Of a DNA stretch of 44,368 nucleotides, positions 23,156 through 31,758 are shown one piece after another. The position numbers and the translations under genes are program-made. Every line of letters starts with the position of its first letter. Position 1 is the stretch's first letter. Source of the DNA: a virus (taxonomy: Duplodnaviria; Heunggongvirae; Uroviricota; Caudoviricetes); the IMG/VR virus record IMGVR_UViG_2541047889_000001; one strand, given 5' to 3'. The notes under the pieces are model-generated. The model was not told the origin of the DNA, made no database searches, and saw only the letters and a list, made by a program, of their open reading frames with translations.

Positions 23156-23482
23156 TCAAGGACGTGACGGCGTAAAGATAAATTGTCTCTTCACTCCCTG
23201 ACAGGGGCGATTCTTTTCAAATCGCCATTTCGCCATGGCCTTCACCACTTCATCACGAAACAAATTATGAGGCTCTGAGCGGAGAAAAACGATCCGTGTC
23301 ACAGTCCCATCAGCACCAATATCGAACTTAACCTCAACCAGCCCCTTGATATAATTTGCTGCAGCATATTCCGGATATCGTGGATACACCGTCACTAATT
23401 GCCGGGGCTCATCAGCTTTTTGCTGCGAGCATCCCACTGCCAGGACAGATAACAGAAAAAGTAGTAAAAGGCGTCTTTTCAT
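23156..23482 (-). CDS. Small lipoprotein with a TonB C-terminal-like domain
   Basis: Start at MKRRLLLLFLLSVLAVGC (lipobox AVGC) followed by YPRYPEYAAANYIKGLVEVKFDIGADGTVTRIVFLRS, a pattern typical of the TonB C-terminal fold. Confidence 0.5.
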   Translation of the reverse strand: MKRRLLLLFLLSVLAVGCSQQKADEPRQLVTVYPRYPEYAAANYIKGLVEVKFDIGADGTVTRIVFLRSEPHNLFRDEVVKAMAKWRFEKNRPCQGVKRQFIFTPSRP

Positions 23483-23962
23483 TTTTATTCCTACGGGTCT
23501 TATTCTGACAATATATCCTGTGTTCCAGACTGCCACATCACCACATCCTGTGCCATTATCTGACTCACATTACATACATCGCATCGGGATACAGTAGTAG
23601 CACTTTCTGTAATACAGCTTCCTGTTTCTTCCACCATCGCACCGGGATAAACCCGCGAATCATTAACGCGGTAAAAACCCGGTGTGCATCGTTTTTAATT
23701 ATTCCCGCACACTCACGCAGAAGGAATTCCCCGTCGGGCTACGGTCATGGTTAATGCGGGAATACGGCGACGATACAGCGCAGCTAAAAGGGTAATGGAC
23801 GGATAGACCGGTTTATTTCATTCCACAGGATTCTGAGTGTCCCCAACTTCCTCCAATAGTCTGAGCCCACCTGTGTAGTTTTAATTTTCATCAATCCATT
23901 TAACTATCGTTTAATTGTTGTCACATAGGATTCTGCCGTTTTTAACAATGCAGGATAATAAG

Positions 23963-24256
23963 ATGAAAAAAATGTTGTTTTCTGCCGCTCTGGCAATGCT
24001 TATTACAGGATGTGCTCAACAGACGTTTACTGTTGGAAACAAACCTACAGCAGTAACACCAAAGGAAACCATCACCCATCATTTCTTCGTTTCGGGAATT
24101 GGACAGGAGAAAACTGTTGATGCAGCCAAAATTTGTGGCGGCGCAGAAAATGTTGTTAAAACAGAAACCCAGCAAACATTCGTAAATGGATTGCTCGGTT
24201 TTATTACTTTAGGCATTTATACTCCGCTGGAAGCGCGTGTGTATTGCTCACAATAA
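23963..24256 (+). CDS. bor: Bor lipoprotein (serum-resistance, Iss-like)
   Basis: 97 aa, MKKMLFSAALAMLITGCAQQTFTVGNKPTAVTPKETITHHFFVSGIGQEK...ARVYCSQ; matches lambda Bor from memory. Oriented opposite to the late operon as in lambda. Confidence 0.9.
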   Translation: MKKMLFSAALAMLITGCAQQTFTVGNKPTAVTPKETITHHFFVSGIGQEKTVDAAKICGGAENVVKTETQQTFVNGLLGFITLGIYTPLEARVYCSQ

Positions 24257-24287
24257 TTGCATGAGTTGCCCATCGATATGGGCAGCT

Positions 24288-24749
24288 CTATCTGCACTGC
24301 TCATTAATATACTTCTGGGTTCCTTCCAGTTGTTTTTGCATAGTGATCAGCCTCTCTCTGAGGGTGAAATAATCCCGTTCAGCGGTGTCTGCCAGTCGGG
24401 GGGAGGCTGCATTATCCACGCCGGAGGCGGTGGTGGCTTCACGCACTGACTGACAGACTGCTTTGATGTGCAACCGACGACGACCAGCGGCAACATCATC
24501 ACGCAGAGCATCATTTTCAGCTTTCGCATCAGCTAACTCCTTCGTGTATTTTGCATCGAGCGCAGCAACATCACGCTGACGCATCTGTATGTCAGTAATT
24601 GCCGCGTTCGCCAGCGTCAGTTCTCTGGCATTTTTGTCGCGCTGGGCTTTGTAGGTAATCGCGTTATCGCGGTAATGATTAACAGCCCAAGACAGGCAGA
24701 CGATGATGCAGATAACCAGAGCGGAGATAATCGCGGCAACTCTTCTCAC
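24288..24749 (-). CDS. Rz: Inner-membrane spanin Rz
   Basis: Start assigned to GTG 24749 ([39 protein letters not shown]...) with GGGGGA upstream, overlapping the endolysin stop. Near-identical to lambda Rz from memory. Confidence 0.9.
   Translation of the reverse strand: MRRVAAIISALVICIIVCLSWAVNHYRDNAITYKAQRDKNARELTLANAAITDIQMRQRDVAALDAKYTKELADAKAENDALRDDVAAGRRRLHIKAVCQSVREATTASGVDNAASPRLADTAERDYFTLRERLITMQKQLEGTQKYINEQCR
24347..24529 (-). CDS. Rz1: Outer-membrane lipoprotein spanin Rz1, embedded in the +1 frame of Rz
   Basis: 60 aa, [60 protein letters not shown]; lipobox VVGC and proline-rich region. Matches lambda Rz1 from memory. Confidence 0.9.
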   Translation of the reverse strand: MRKLKMMLCVMMLPLVVVGCTSKQSVSQCVKPPPPPAWIMQPPPDWQTPLNGIISPSERG

Positions 24750-25279
24750 TGATCTATCCCCCAACAGGCTAATGCGCTTTCCTGGTCACGACGAATAACC
24801 TGTCCGTAGCAGTTATTTGAACGTGTGCGGCAATCACGCCCACCGTCCTTAATCCACCAGCGAATCGACTCACAGGCACCTTTACGATCACCGGCATTAA
24901 GCCGCTTATAAAACGTCGACGGGAAACACTTACCGGGGCCAATGTTATAGGGGCAAAATGACGCGATACCTGCTTTTTGTGGCTCGGTCAGTGGAACTTT
25001 TATATTACGCTCCACCCATGCCAGCGCCTTATCCCGCTCAATGGCGTTAACCTGGGCGCATTTTTCCTTCGACAGTTTCATGCCCGGAATAACAGGTTTA
25101 CCATCCACCACCGTGGCACCCCGGCAAATGGTCCATATGCCGGAACCATCGCGGTATGCCTTTGTGTGGTTACCCTCTTTTTCGTCCAGAAACTGGTCAA
25201 GTATCTGAGGAGCAGACGCGCCTGCGGCAATCAGCGCCAGAACAGCAGCCGACAGGCCGTATCTGATTTTTACGTTCAT
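24746..25279 (-). CDS. R: Endolysin (phage lysozyme) with N-terminal signal-anchor-release-like segment
   Basis: 177 aa, [56 protein letters not shown]...; resembles E. coli prophage lysozymes (RrrQ/YdfQ-like) from memory. Confidence 0.85.
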   Translation of the reverse strand: MNVKIRYGLSAAVLALIAAGASAPQILDQFLDEKEGNHTKAYRDGSGIWTICRGATVVDGKPVIPGMKLSKEKCAQVNAIERDKALAWVERNIKVPLTEPQKAGIASFCPYNIGPGKCFPSTFYKRLNAGDRKGACESIRWWIKDGGRDCRTRSNNCYGQVIRRDQESALACWGIDQ

Positions 25280-25413
25280 GGATATTTATCAGGATTTATC
25301 GGTTTCTGAACCCTGGATATGTTAAGCATTCAGCCCGTCAGTGGTAGGACACTGGCGCTCTGGTTAAGGATTATGGGGGATGCTGGCTGAGCTACCCCAT
25401 CTGAGGATTTGAT

Positions 25414-25653
25414 ATGCAAAAAGAAGTTTTTATCAATATTACAGCTGACTGCTCATCTCCTGCATCAACAGCAAAAGAAATTGAAGCTCTTAAATATATG
25501 ATTACAGTAATATTTTCCGTATTGGACCAGAATGAAAAAAATGGAATCATTCATCAATTAAATGAACATGTAAATAATCCATATATCAAAAGCAATCTGG
25601 AAATGCTGCTACCAATGAAAGATATTGGAAAACCAACTGAAACAAAAGGCTAA
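25414..25653 (+). CDS. Hypothetical protein, AT-rich, convergent with the late operon
   Basis: 79 aa; ATG at 25414 preceded by GAGGA with 7-nt spacing. No family recognised. Confidence 0.35.
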   Translation: MQKEVFINITADCSSPASTAKEIEALKYMITVIFSVLDQNEKNGIIHQLNEHVNNPYIKSNLEMLLPMKDIGKPTETKG

Positions 25654-25964
25654 CAACCAGTAATCGAGTTATCTGAACTGTTAATTTTTATGGTATACCG
25701 CGCCTCTGAACAGGGGCGCGTTTCTGGCAACAGCTCGTCCCCTTCACATAACCCGGCAGCAACATCCAGGAAGACCTGTCTGATGCTCCTTCTGGCTGCA
25801 GCCTCATAAAACTCCAGCGCGGCACCTTCAACACGGTCCAGCGAGATGTCCAGGTCAAAAATTTCACCGTCAAAGCGTTTTTTGTCCCGTAACGCTAAAG
25901 TTACCGTAACTTTATTCTCAAAATTGCGGATCCCTTTCACAATCAGTTCATAGTTTTGAGTCAT
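25650..25964 (-). CDS. YdfR-like protein (DUF1327-type) inserted between holin and endolysin
   Basis: 104 aa; the position (between holin and lysozyme) and length match the Qin prophage ydfR arrangement as remembered. The family name is from memory and unverified. Confidence 0.5.
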   Translation of the reverse strand: MTQNYELIVKGIRNFENKVTVTLALRDKKRFDGEIFDLDISLDRVEGAALEFYEAAARRSIRQVFLDVAAGLCEGDELLPETRPCSEARYTIKINSSDNSITGC

Positions 25965-25968
25965 TGAA

Positions 25969-26184
25969 TTACTCTCCCCGTGCAGCCTTACGCTTATCTT
26001 CTTTAATCTTGAAATAAAGGTTTGTCAGGTACGTCAGCAGGCCAAATACCAGGCTACCCAGCACACCTATTGCCGCCCACTGTGAGGGCGTGACTTTATC
26101 GAGCAACTGTAAAAACCAGTACCCGGCACTACCTGCTGAGGTGCCATAGGCGACACCCGTTGTTAACTTATCCATGGATTTCAT
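25969..26184 (-). CDS. S: Class II holin / pinholin (phage 21 S-like) with dual-start motif
   Basis: 71 aa, [71 protein letters not shown]; Met1 and Met4 (MKSM) give antiholin and holin starts as in phage 21 S. Confidence 0.88.
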
Positions 26185-26320
26185 AACCCCACCTCGCAGA
26201 CAAAGCGGGTGTAAATTAAGGGGATACTACGTATCGCAATAAAGGCAGAAACGTAACAGATTCGGAGTCAGTGAATAACTCAGGTATTGGGTTATCAGCT
26301 AATATCGAGACTCAAAAAAT

Positions 26321-26347
26321 GGAAAAACCCGCTCGACGGCGGGTTTA
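26321..26347 (-). terminator. Rho-independent terminator; candidate late terminator tR' upstream of the holin
   Basis: Minus strand AAACCCGC-CGTCGA-GCGGGTTTTT, about 140 nt upstream of the holin start in an AT-rich intergenic region. The palindrome could also act on the plus strand. Confidence 0.45.
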
Positions 26348-26773
26348 AGCTGTGTGACGAAGTAACCACTCTTAACAGCATAACCAATTTTTTACGTACG
26401 TAAACTACTAAATGATATTTGTGAGAATGCCACCGAGTGTTCAAAACACCACCACAAATACATAAGAAAACTTCAACAAATAACCAATGAATAATTTCCG
26501 ATGTTATTTTTAGTTTGTTTAAATTAAGCTAAAGAATTATAGAGTGCTTATAAATAAGTGCCATTAATATAAATTAGCTAATAGATTTATTTTCGTTCAA
26601 ACAAGAGCCATGAATAGGATTAGATAGAAAAGGTTCAGATAAAAATAGAGATCTACTTCACAAATTAAATGAGAAACTAAAACTTACATCTTGAAATAAT
26701 CGCATTGATTAGATGAATATTTATCGCGCAGTGACATCATTTTTTAATAATAGTTCAAAAAAAAGGGCGTACA

Positions 26774-27856
26774 ATGAAAAAATTAACAGTGGCAATTTCT
26801 GCTGTAGCTGCATCAGTACTGATGGCGATGTCTGCTCAGGCAGCTGAAATTTATAATAAAGACAGTAACAAGCTGGATCTATACGGGAAAGTTAATGCCA
26901 AGCACTACTTCTCCTCTAATGATGCAGATGATGGTGATACTACTTATGCCCGTCTTGGCTTCAAAGGTGAAACCCAAATCAACGATCAACTGACTGGTTT
27001 CGGTCAGTGGGAATATGAATTCAAAGGCAACCGTGCTGAATCTCAAGGTTCTTCCAAAGACAAAACCCGTCTTGCATTTGCAGGCCTGAAATTTGGTGAT
27101 TACGGCTCAATCGATTACGGCCGTAACTACGGTGTAGCATACGACATCGGTGCGTGGACTGACGTCCTGCCAGAATTCGGTGGTGATACCTGGACCCAAA
27201 CAGATGTGTTCATGACTGGTCGCACTACTGGTGTTGCAACTTATCGTAACAACGACTTCTTTGGTCTGGTCGATGGCCTGAACTTTGCTGCTCAGTATCA
27301 GGGTAAAAATGACCGCACTGACGTAACTGAAGCCAATGGTGATGGTTTCGGTTTCTCCACTACTTATGAGTATGAAGGATTCGGCGTGGGTGCAACCTAT
27401 GCTAAATCAGATCGCACTGACGGTCAGGTCGCCTATGGTAAGAGCAAATTCAATGCCTCCGGCAAAAATGCGGAAGTATGGGCTGCAGGCCTGAAATATG
27501 ATGCGAACAATATCTATCTGGCTACCACATATTCTGAAACTCAGAATATGACCGTTTTTGGTAATAACCATATTGCAAACAAAGCACAAAACTTTGAAGC
27601 AGTAGCACAATATCAGTTTGACTTCGGTCTGCGACCATCTGTTGCTTACCTTCAGTCAAAAGGTAAAGACCTTGGTGTTCATGGTGACCGAGACTTAGTC
27701 AAGTATGTCGATGTCGGTGCTACTTACTACTTTAATAAAAACATGTCCACTTTTGTTGATTACAAAATCAACTTAATTGACGATAGTAAGTTTACCAAAA
27801 CAGCTGGTATTGATACCGACGACATCGTCGCTGTAGGTCTGGTTTATCAGTTCTAA
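26774..27856 (+). CDS. Outer-membrane general porin (OmpC/OmpF family; phage Lc / NmpC-like)
   Basis: 360 aa; signal peptide [23 protein letters not shown] followed by [17 protein letters not shown]...; ends VGLVYQF. Oriented opposite to Q and the lysis genes, as for nmpC in DLP12. Confidence 0.92.
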   Translation: MKKLTVAISAVAASVLMAMSAQAAEIYNKDSNKLDLYGKVNAKHYFSSNDADDGDTTYARLGFKGETQINDQLTGFGQWEYEFKGNRAESQGSSKDKTRLAFAGLKFGDYGSIDYGRNYGVAYDIGAWTDVLPEFGGDTWTQTDVFMTGRTTGVATYRNNDFFGLVDGLNFAAQYQGKNDRTDVTEANGDGFGFSTTYEYEGFGVGATYAKSDRTDGQVAYGKSKFNASGKNAEVWAAGLKYDANNIYLATTYSETQNMTVFGNNHIANKAQNFEAVAQYQFDFGLRPSVAYLQSKGKDLGVHGDRDLVKYVDVGATYYFNKNMSTFVDYKINLIDDSKFTKTAGIDTDDIVAVGLVYQF

Positions 27857-27884
27857 TCTGACTTACGAAAAAGATATGTTGCGG

Positions 27885-27914
27885 GAGGCTTTGCCTCCGC
27901 AACATATAAGTGGA
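27885..27914 (-). terminator. Long perfect hairpin between porin and Q; terminator-like on the minus strand
   Basis: atgttgcgggaggc-tttg-gcctccgcaacat with a T5 run following on the minus strand (plus strand aaaaa at 27878..27882). Confidence 0.45.
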
Positions 27915-27993
27915 GCCCTCAAGCCACTTCCTTTAGAAGCACTACCTTGCTTCTTACTATATAAACCTTCTGTTATATATTACCCTTTATTTT

Positions 27994-28018
27994 GGGGGCG
28001 TTTCCACGCCCCATTTTT
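27994..28018 (+). terminator. Rho-independent terminator (plus strand) downstream of the porin gene
   Basis: ggggcgt-ttcc-acgcccc followed by atttttaa on the plus strand. Confidence 0.5.
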
Positions 28019-28044
28019 AATAACTTTTAGTAAACAATTGCATA

Positions 28045-28428
28045 TCAATTAGAATTATTAGCAACGATATCCATATCTAACCGGATATCTAATGCCATTA
28101 ACATCCCTTCAATTATGCCCTCAGCCTTCTGTAACCTTTTCCCGATATAACCATCCGAGCAGCAATGCTTACTTGCCAGTGACATGAATGTCATACCACA
28201 TACATAATAATCTACTAATAAATCGTGTAAATCGCTGTTGTTCTTTTTCAGACGGGCCATGCACCCGCAAATGATCATCGCGTCATCGTCACAACATTGC
28301 GGGCGAGATTTTACTTTTGAAGGAATTAATCCCTTAAAACCGGCGGCAACGGACGACCTGGTCACATCTTCATGATTATTAGCCGCCCACGCTCCCCAAC
28401 GCTCAAGAACCATCTGAATATCACGCAT
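28045..28428 (-). CDS. Q: Late-gene antiterminator Q (phage 82 / QuuD-like)
   Basis: Start at ATG 28428 ([23 protein letters not shown]...) with GGAG upstream; Cys-rich zinc-binding region [16 protein letters not shown]. Matches DLP12 QuuD from memory. Confidence 0.85.
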   Translation of the reverse strand: MRDIQMVLERWGAWAANNHEDVTRSSVAAGFKGLIPSKVKSRPQCCDDDAMIICGCMARLKKNNSDLHDLLVDYYVCGMTFMSLASKHCCSDGYIGKRLQKAEGIIEGMLMALDIRLDMDIVANNSN

Positions 28429-28513
28429 CAACTTACTCCACAAAAATCAGACCAGAACGCCAATTACAAGCAAAAATCAACAAAACAGTATTAGTTGATT
28501 GTTATCTCTGACT

Positions 28514-28651
28514 TCATACTCCTGCTCCTGTCAGGGTTTTGGCGTAATTCTTCAGTATTCGGTAATCGGTCAAAACAGAACCAGGAAAACGATATAAGCG
28601 CAGGCGCACCCAGCGGCGGCGAAGACGCTCTGCCATATAAGACTCAAACAT
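28514..28651 (-). CDS. ylcG: Small ORF in the ylcG position (45 aa)
   Basis: Not in the ORF track (under 60 aa). Translated by hand: [45 protein letters not shown]. Its ATG overlaps the rusA stop as TGATG. Position matches DLP12 ylcG; sequence identity is not verified. Confidence 0.5.
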   Translation of the reverse strand: MFESYMAERLRRRWVRLRLYRFPGSVLTDYRILKNYAKTLTGAGV

Positions 28652-29013
28652 CATTCATCTCCCAGTTCAGTGATAGTCAGCTCCAGCTTCCCACCTTTGG
28701 TAACGGGCATCTTCACAACGCGGTAATCAACGACCTGAGCATCATCCAGCCAGAAACCTGCTTTGGTGAGTGCGTCAAAAGCGGCCTTTTGCAGATTATC
28801 AAGGTCACGGCGACGGCGATCCGGCATGTGGCACTCAATGCTGATTTTCACAGGAATAGCCAGGCCGATATCCAGCATTGCGTTTTTAATGATTCGGGCG
28901 ACATTATCGCGGTATGCCTGCCCCTCTGCGCTGATATGCGTGCGTCCGCGATTATGGCGGTAATAGCGATTATTGCTCGGCGGCCAGGGTAATGTGATGC
29001 TGTAGGTATTCAC
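28651..29013 (-). CDS. rusA: Holliday junction resolvase RusA
   Basis: 120 aa, [50 protein letters not shown]...; matches DLP12 RusA from memory. Confidence 0.93.
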   Translation of the reverse strand: MNTYSITLPWPPSNNRYYRHNRGRTHISAEGQAYRDNVARIIKNAMLDIGLAIPVKISIECHMPDRRRRDLDNLQKAAFDALTKAGFWLDDAQVVDYRVVKMPVTKGGKLELTITELGDE

Positions 29014-29300
29014 GCCTCAATAACCCCCTCTTTCAACCAGATAACCTGTGTTCTCGCCATACCTTCCAGCGCGCATTCTTTTGCATATCCAGCGTCAACA
29101 AAATGCGTGCGACGGTCGATTTCGTCGTGGCAGGCAGAACATGCAATGGTGGCAATCAGGTCTGGCGGTTTGGTACCGGTGCCACACAATCCAGCCAGCC
29201 GGATATGTGCCAGTACAGACGTTTCAGAATTGCCATTACATACGCCAGGGATTCTTACCTGGCATTCCCGACCACGCGCTGCTTTTCTCAAATCAGCCAT
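29010..29300 (-). CDS. ybcO: YbcO-like nin-region protein (Cys-rich, putative nuclease)
   Basis: Start at ATG 29300 ([24 protein letters not shown]...); Cys-rich CSACHDE. Matches DLP12 YbcO from memory. The track ORF extends 13 codons upstream. Confidence 0.75.
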   Translation of the reverse strand: MADLRKAARGRECQVRIPGVCNGNSETSVLAHIRLAGLCGTGTKPPDLIATIACSACHDEIDRRTHFVDAGYAKECALEGMARTQVIWLKEGVIEA

Positions 29301-29463
29301 GATTCCTCCTTGCTGCCAGTCGCAACCATTTTTTATCAACCAGGCTGGCGGTATATCCGAGCAGAGTTGGTATTTCGGATGGCTTCAGCTCAGGTTTACG
29401 CTTACGACGATTTGGTACTTTGTAGATGTGTCCGTTCATGACACGAATAAGCGGTGTAGCCAT
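29293..29463 (-). CDS. ninE: NinE
   Basis: Not in the ORF track (56 aa). Translated by hand: [56 protein letters not shown]. Its ATG overlaps the ninB stop and its stop overlaps the ybcO start. Matches NinE from memory. Confidence 0.75.
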   Translation of the reverse strand: MATPLIRVMNGHIYKVPNRRKRKPELKPSEIPTLLGYTASLVDKKWLRLAARRNHG

Positions 29464-29918
29464 TACGCCTCCTGCTTGTCGCGCAGCAGCTGGAACTCGC
29501 AGCTCTGCGGAATAGTCAGGTGGCAGCCAATATTCATCGCCCAGGCTTCAACCTTACACAGGAAGACATACATCTCTCCGGTATCAAGATCGGAGGTATG
29601 GCGTAACGACTGGATAGTAGTGATTTCGCCGGTTACGACATCAACCAGGTCCTTGGTTTCATAACCGAGGTATGTGTGTTTGAGAGCATCTTTTACCCAT
29701 GCTGCGGTAGCGAACGATTTCCCCCTGCTGATGAGGTATTCACTGATTTCGCTGTACCACATATGGCTGAGTGCATTCTGGGAAAGACTGCGTTTCTCAC
29801 GCCACGGTTTAAGCACCATGCGAAAGCATTTTCCGTCCTCCAGATAAGGCTGGATCTGCTGGCCGATAGCGATGAAGTTACCGCGATGCAGTTTGATGCC
29901 ATCTTGTGGTAGGTTCAC
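29463..29918 (-). CDS. ninB: NinB-family recombination protein (YbcN-like)
   Basis: 151 aa, [62 protein letters not shown]...; matches DLP12 YbcN from memory. Confidence 0.8.
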   Translation of the reverse strand: MNLPQDGIKLHRGNFIAIGQQIQPYLEDGKCFRMVLKPWREKRSLSQNALSHMWYSEISEYLISRGKSFATAAWVKDALKHTYLGYETKDLVDVVTGEITTIQSLRHTSDLDTGEMYVFLCKVEAWAMNIGCHLTIPQSCEFQLLRDKQEA

Positions 29919-30365
29919 GCTTCACCTCCACAGAGGTCAGACGCTGGATGCAAAAAAACGCAGGTGCATTTCTGCATCTGTGAAGGGAGAAGAGAGTTTG
30001 GATTGTGTGTGCGCATAAACGTCCCCGTTTAGCGCAGAAGTCACCGGAGTTGTTCAGGCTCCGGTGATACAATTATGGCGAATTGATTATTCATAATCAA
30101 ACAAGATAAGGTCTCAAACTTCATGCAAGCCAAGATTTATTTCTGACAGAATTATACAAAGAAGCTATTGGTCAGAATCTACTCGGACTGTAAAACATAC
30201 GCATAACCTTAAGCTCTCACTTTAAGCATTGTTGAAATAATAGCCGTCAAGTACAACCTTAACCACGACTGGGATATTTCTCTGGCTACCACGAGTTGTA
30301 CGGCTATTAAACTGCCGTTAAATTCAGTAAGAGAATTTCATCCGATAAGTCAAGGCATGTAAAAC

Positions 30366-31409
30366 ATGAAAATTAACAAGATATTATCATCTGCAACACT
30401 ATTGTATGGTATGTCAATGGCCATGTCGGTCGGGAGTTGTGCAACACCTGTCCAGACTAATCTTCCTGGTTACACCCCGGGTGCAGATATCATTAGTGTT
30501 TCACCGACCAGAAACCAGGTCGATCTCATTGGTGATGTTGTTTATTCCCAGATAAAAGGAACTCGTTCTGTCAGACAGCTTCACATGTCAGTTCTTGTCC
30601 CGCGAACAAATGATTTAAAACCAGCCATTATTTATTATCCCGGCGGCGGATTCATGTCTTCTGAACATGACAAATTTATTGAAATGAGAATGGCTCTGGC
30701 AGAAGCTGGTTTTGTTGTGGCCGCTGTAGAATACAGAACAATTCCTGATACATTTCCAGCACCAGTTGAGGATGGAAAAGCTGCAATACGTTACCTGAGA
30801 GAGCATGCCAGCAATTATGGGATTGATCCTCAAAGAATCGGAGTTCTGGGTGACTCTGCCGGTGGATGGCTTGCCCAGATGATGGGAACTACAAATGGTG
30901 ACAAAACCTTTGATAAAGGTGACTTTCTTCAGCAATCCTCAGATGTTCAGGCAGTTGCCACACTTTATGGGATTTCTGACTTGTTGAATATTGGCGAGGG
31001 GTTCCCTGAATCAGTGCAGGAGGTTCATCGCTCTCCTGCCGTAACCGAAGCCTTAATGATCAATGGCCCTGCATTCAGAAATTTTGCGGGAGCCCCCATC
31101 ACAGCGTCAAAAGAAAAAGCGCTAAACGCCAGTCCAATCGGACATATGAAAGGAGTAAAACCCCCATTTCTTATTATGCATGGTAGCAAAGACACTCTGG
31201 TTTCACCTGAGCAAAGCGCCAAACTATTCAGGATGTTGAAGAAGAACGGTGATAACGCTGAGTACGTGCTGGTAGAAGGGGCCGAGCATGGCGATAATAC
31301 ATGGTATCAGCCAATTATTATAAACAGAGTTGTTGAGTGGTTTACTAAAAACCTGGGAACCCCCATAAAAAACGCTACCCAACAACAAAAAACAAACGCT
31401 GACCTGTAA
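30366..31409 (+). CDS. Lipoprotein alpha/beta-hydrolase-fold esterase/lipase
   Basis: 347 aa; lipoprotein-type signal MKINKILSSATLLYGMSMAMSVGSC; oxyanion-hole motif YYPGGGF and nucleophile elbow GDSAGG. Flanked by AT-rich DNA and opposite in orientation to the surrounding operon. Confidence 0.75.
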   Translation: MKINKILSSATLLYGMSMAMSVGSCATPVQTNLPGYTPGADIISVSPTRNQVDLIGDVVYSQIKGTRSVRQLHMSVLVPRTNDLKPAIIYYPGGGFMSSEHDKFIEMRMALAEAGFVVAAVEYRTIPDTFPAPVEDGKAAIRYLREHASNYGIDPQRIGVLGDSAGGWLAQMMGTTNGDKTFDKGDFLQQSSDVQAVATLYGISDLLNIGEGFPESVQEVHRSPAVTEALMINGPAFRNFAGAPITASKEKALNASPIGHMKGVKPPFLIMHGSKDTLVSPEQSAKLFRMLKKNGDNAEYVLVEGAEHGDNTWYQPIIINRVVEWFTKNLGTPIKNATQQQKTNADL

Positions 31410-31415
31410 AAAGCA

Positions 31416-31433
31416 GCCCGCACTTATGCGGGC
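31416..31433 (+). terminator. Hairpin downstream of the esterase gene (weak terminator)
   Basis: gcccgca-ctta-tgcgggc immediately after the esterase stop; no strong T-tract on the plus strand. Confidence 0.35.
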
Positions 31434-31758
31434 TAACCTATTTCACTCGATTCAAAAGAAATTATTTTTAATGGGGGCGTGACCAGCCTCTCGGTGCTCA
31501 GATACTTAATGAAGTGGAGTGGCATTCTGGCAAGAGGTTAACATCACCTGTTCGCCATAACCAAGCACGTGCACAAAGTTTGTTATCAGTGAATTGTTTT
31601 GTGATTGGGTATTGTTGAGCTACTAGAGCAAGAATGCCAACATCCAGTGACAGTGCCTATAGTAAAACTATAGCTCAGGGCGCTTCGTTCAAGATAGTTA
31701 ATATCATATTAGTTACTTTACTTTCATACCATAGCACGGTTGAAAAAGTGATTATTAC

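Noticed and set aside
26185-26773. AT-rich 590-bp intergenic region scanned for tRNA or small ORFs
   Set aside because: No cloverleaf-like GC-balanced segment or supported ORF seen; interpreted as promoter and regulatory DNA for the porin and late operon.
30366-31409. Esterase considered as a NanS-type sialate O-acetylesterase
   Set aside because: Motifs are alpha/beta-hydrolase type (HGGG-like plus GDSAGG), not the SGNH pattern expected of NanS-like enzymes, and the gene is not in the usual post-lysis position.
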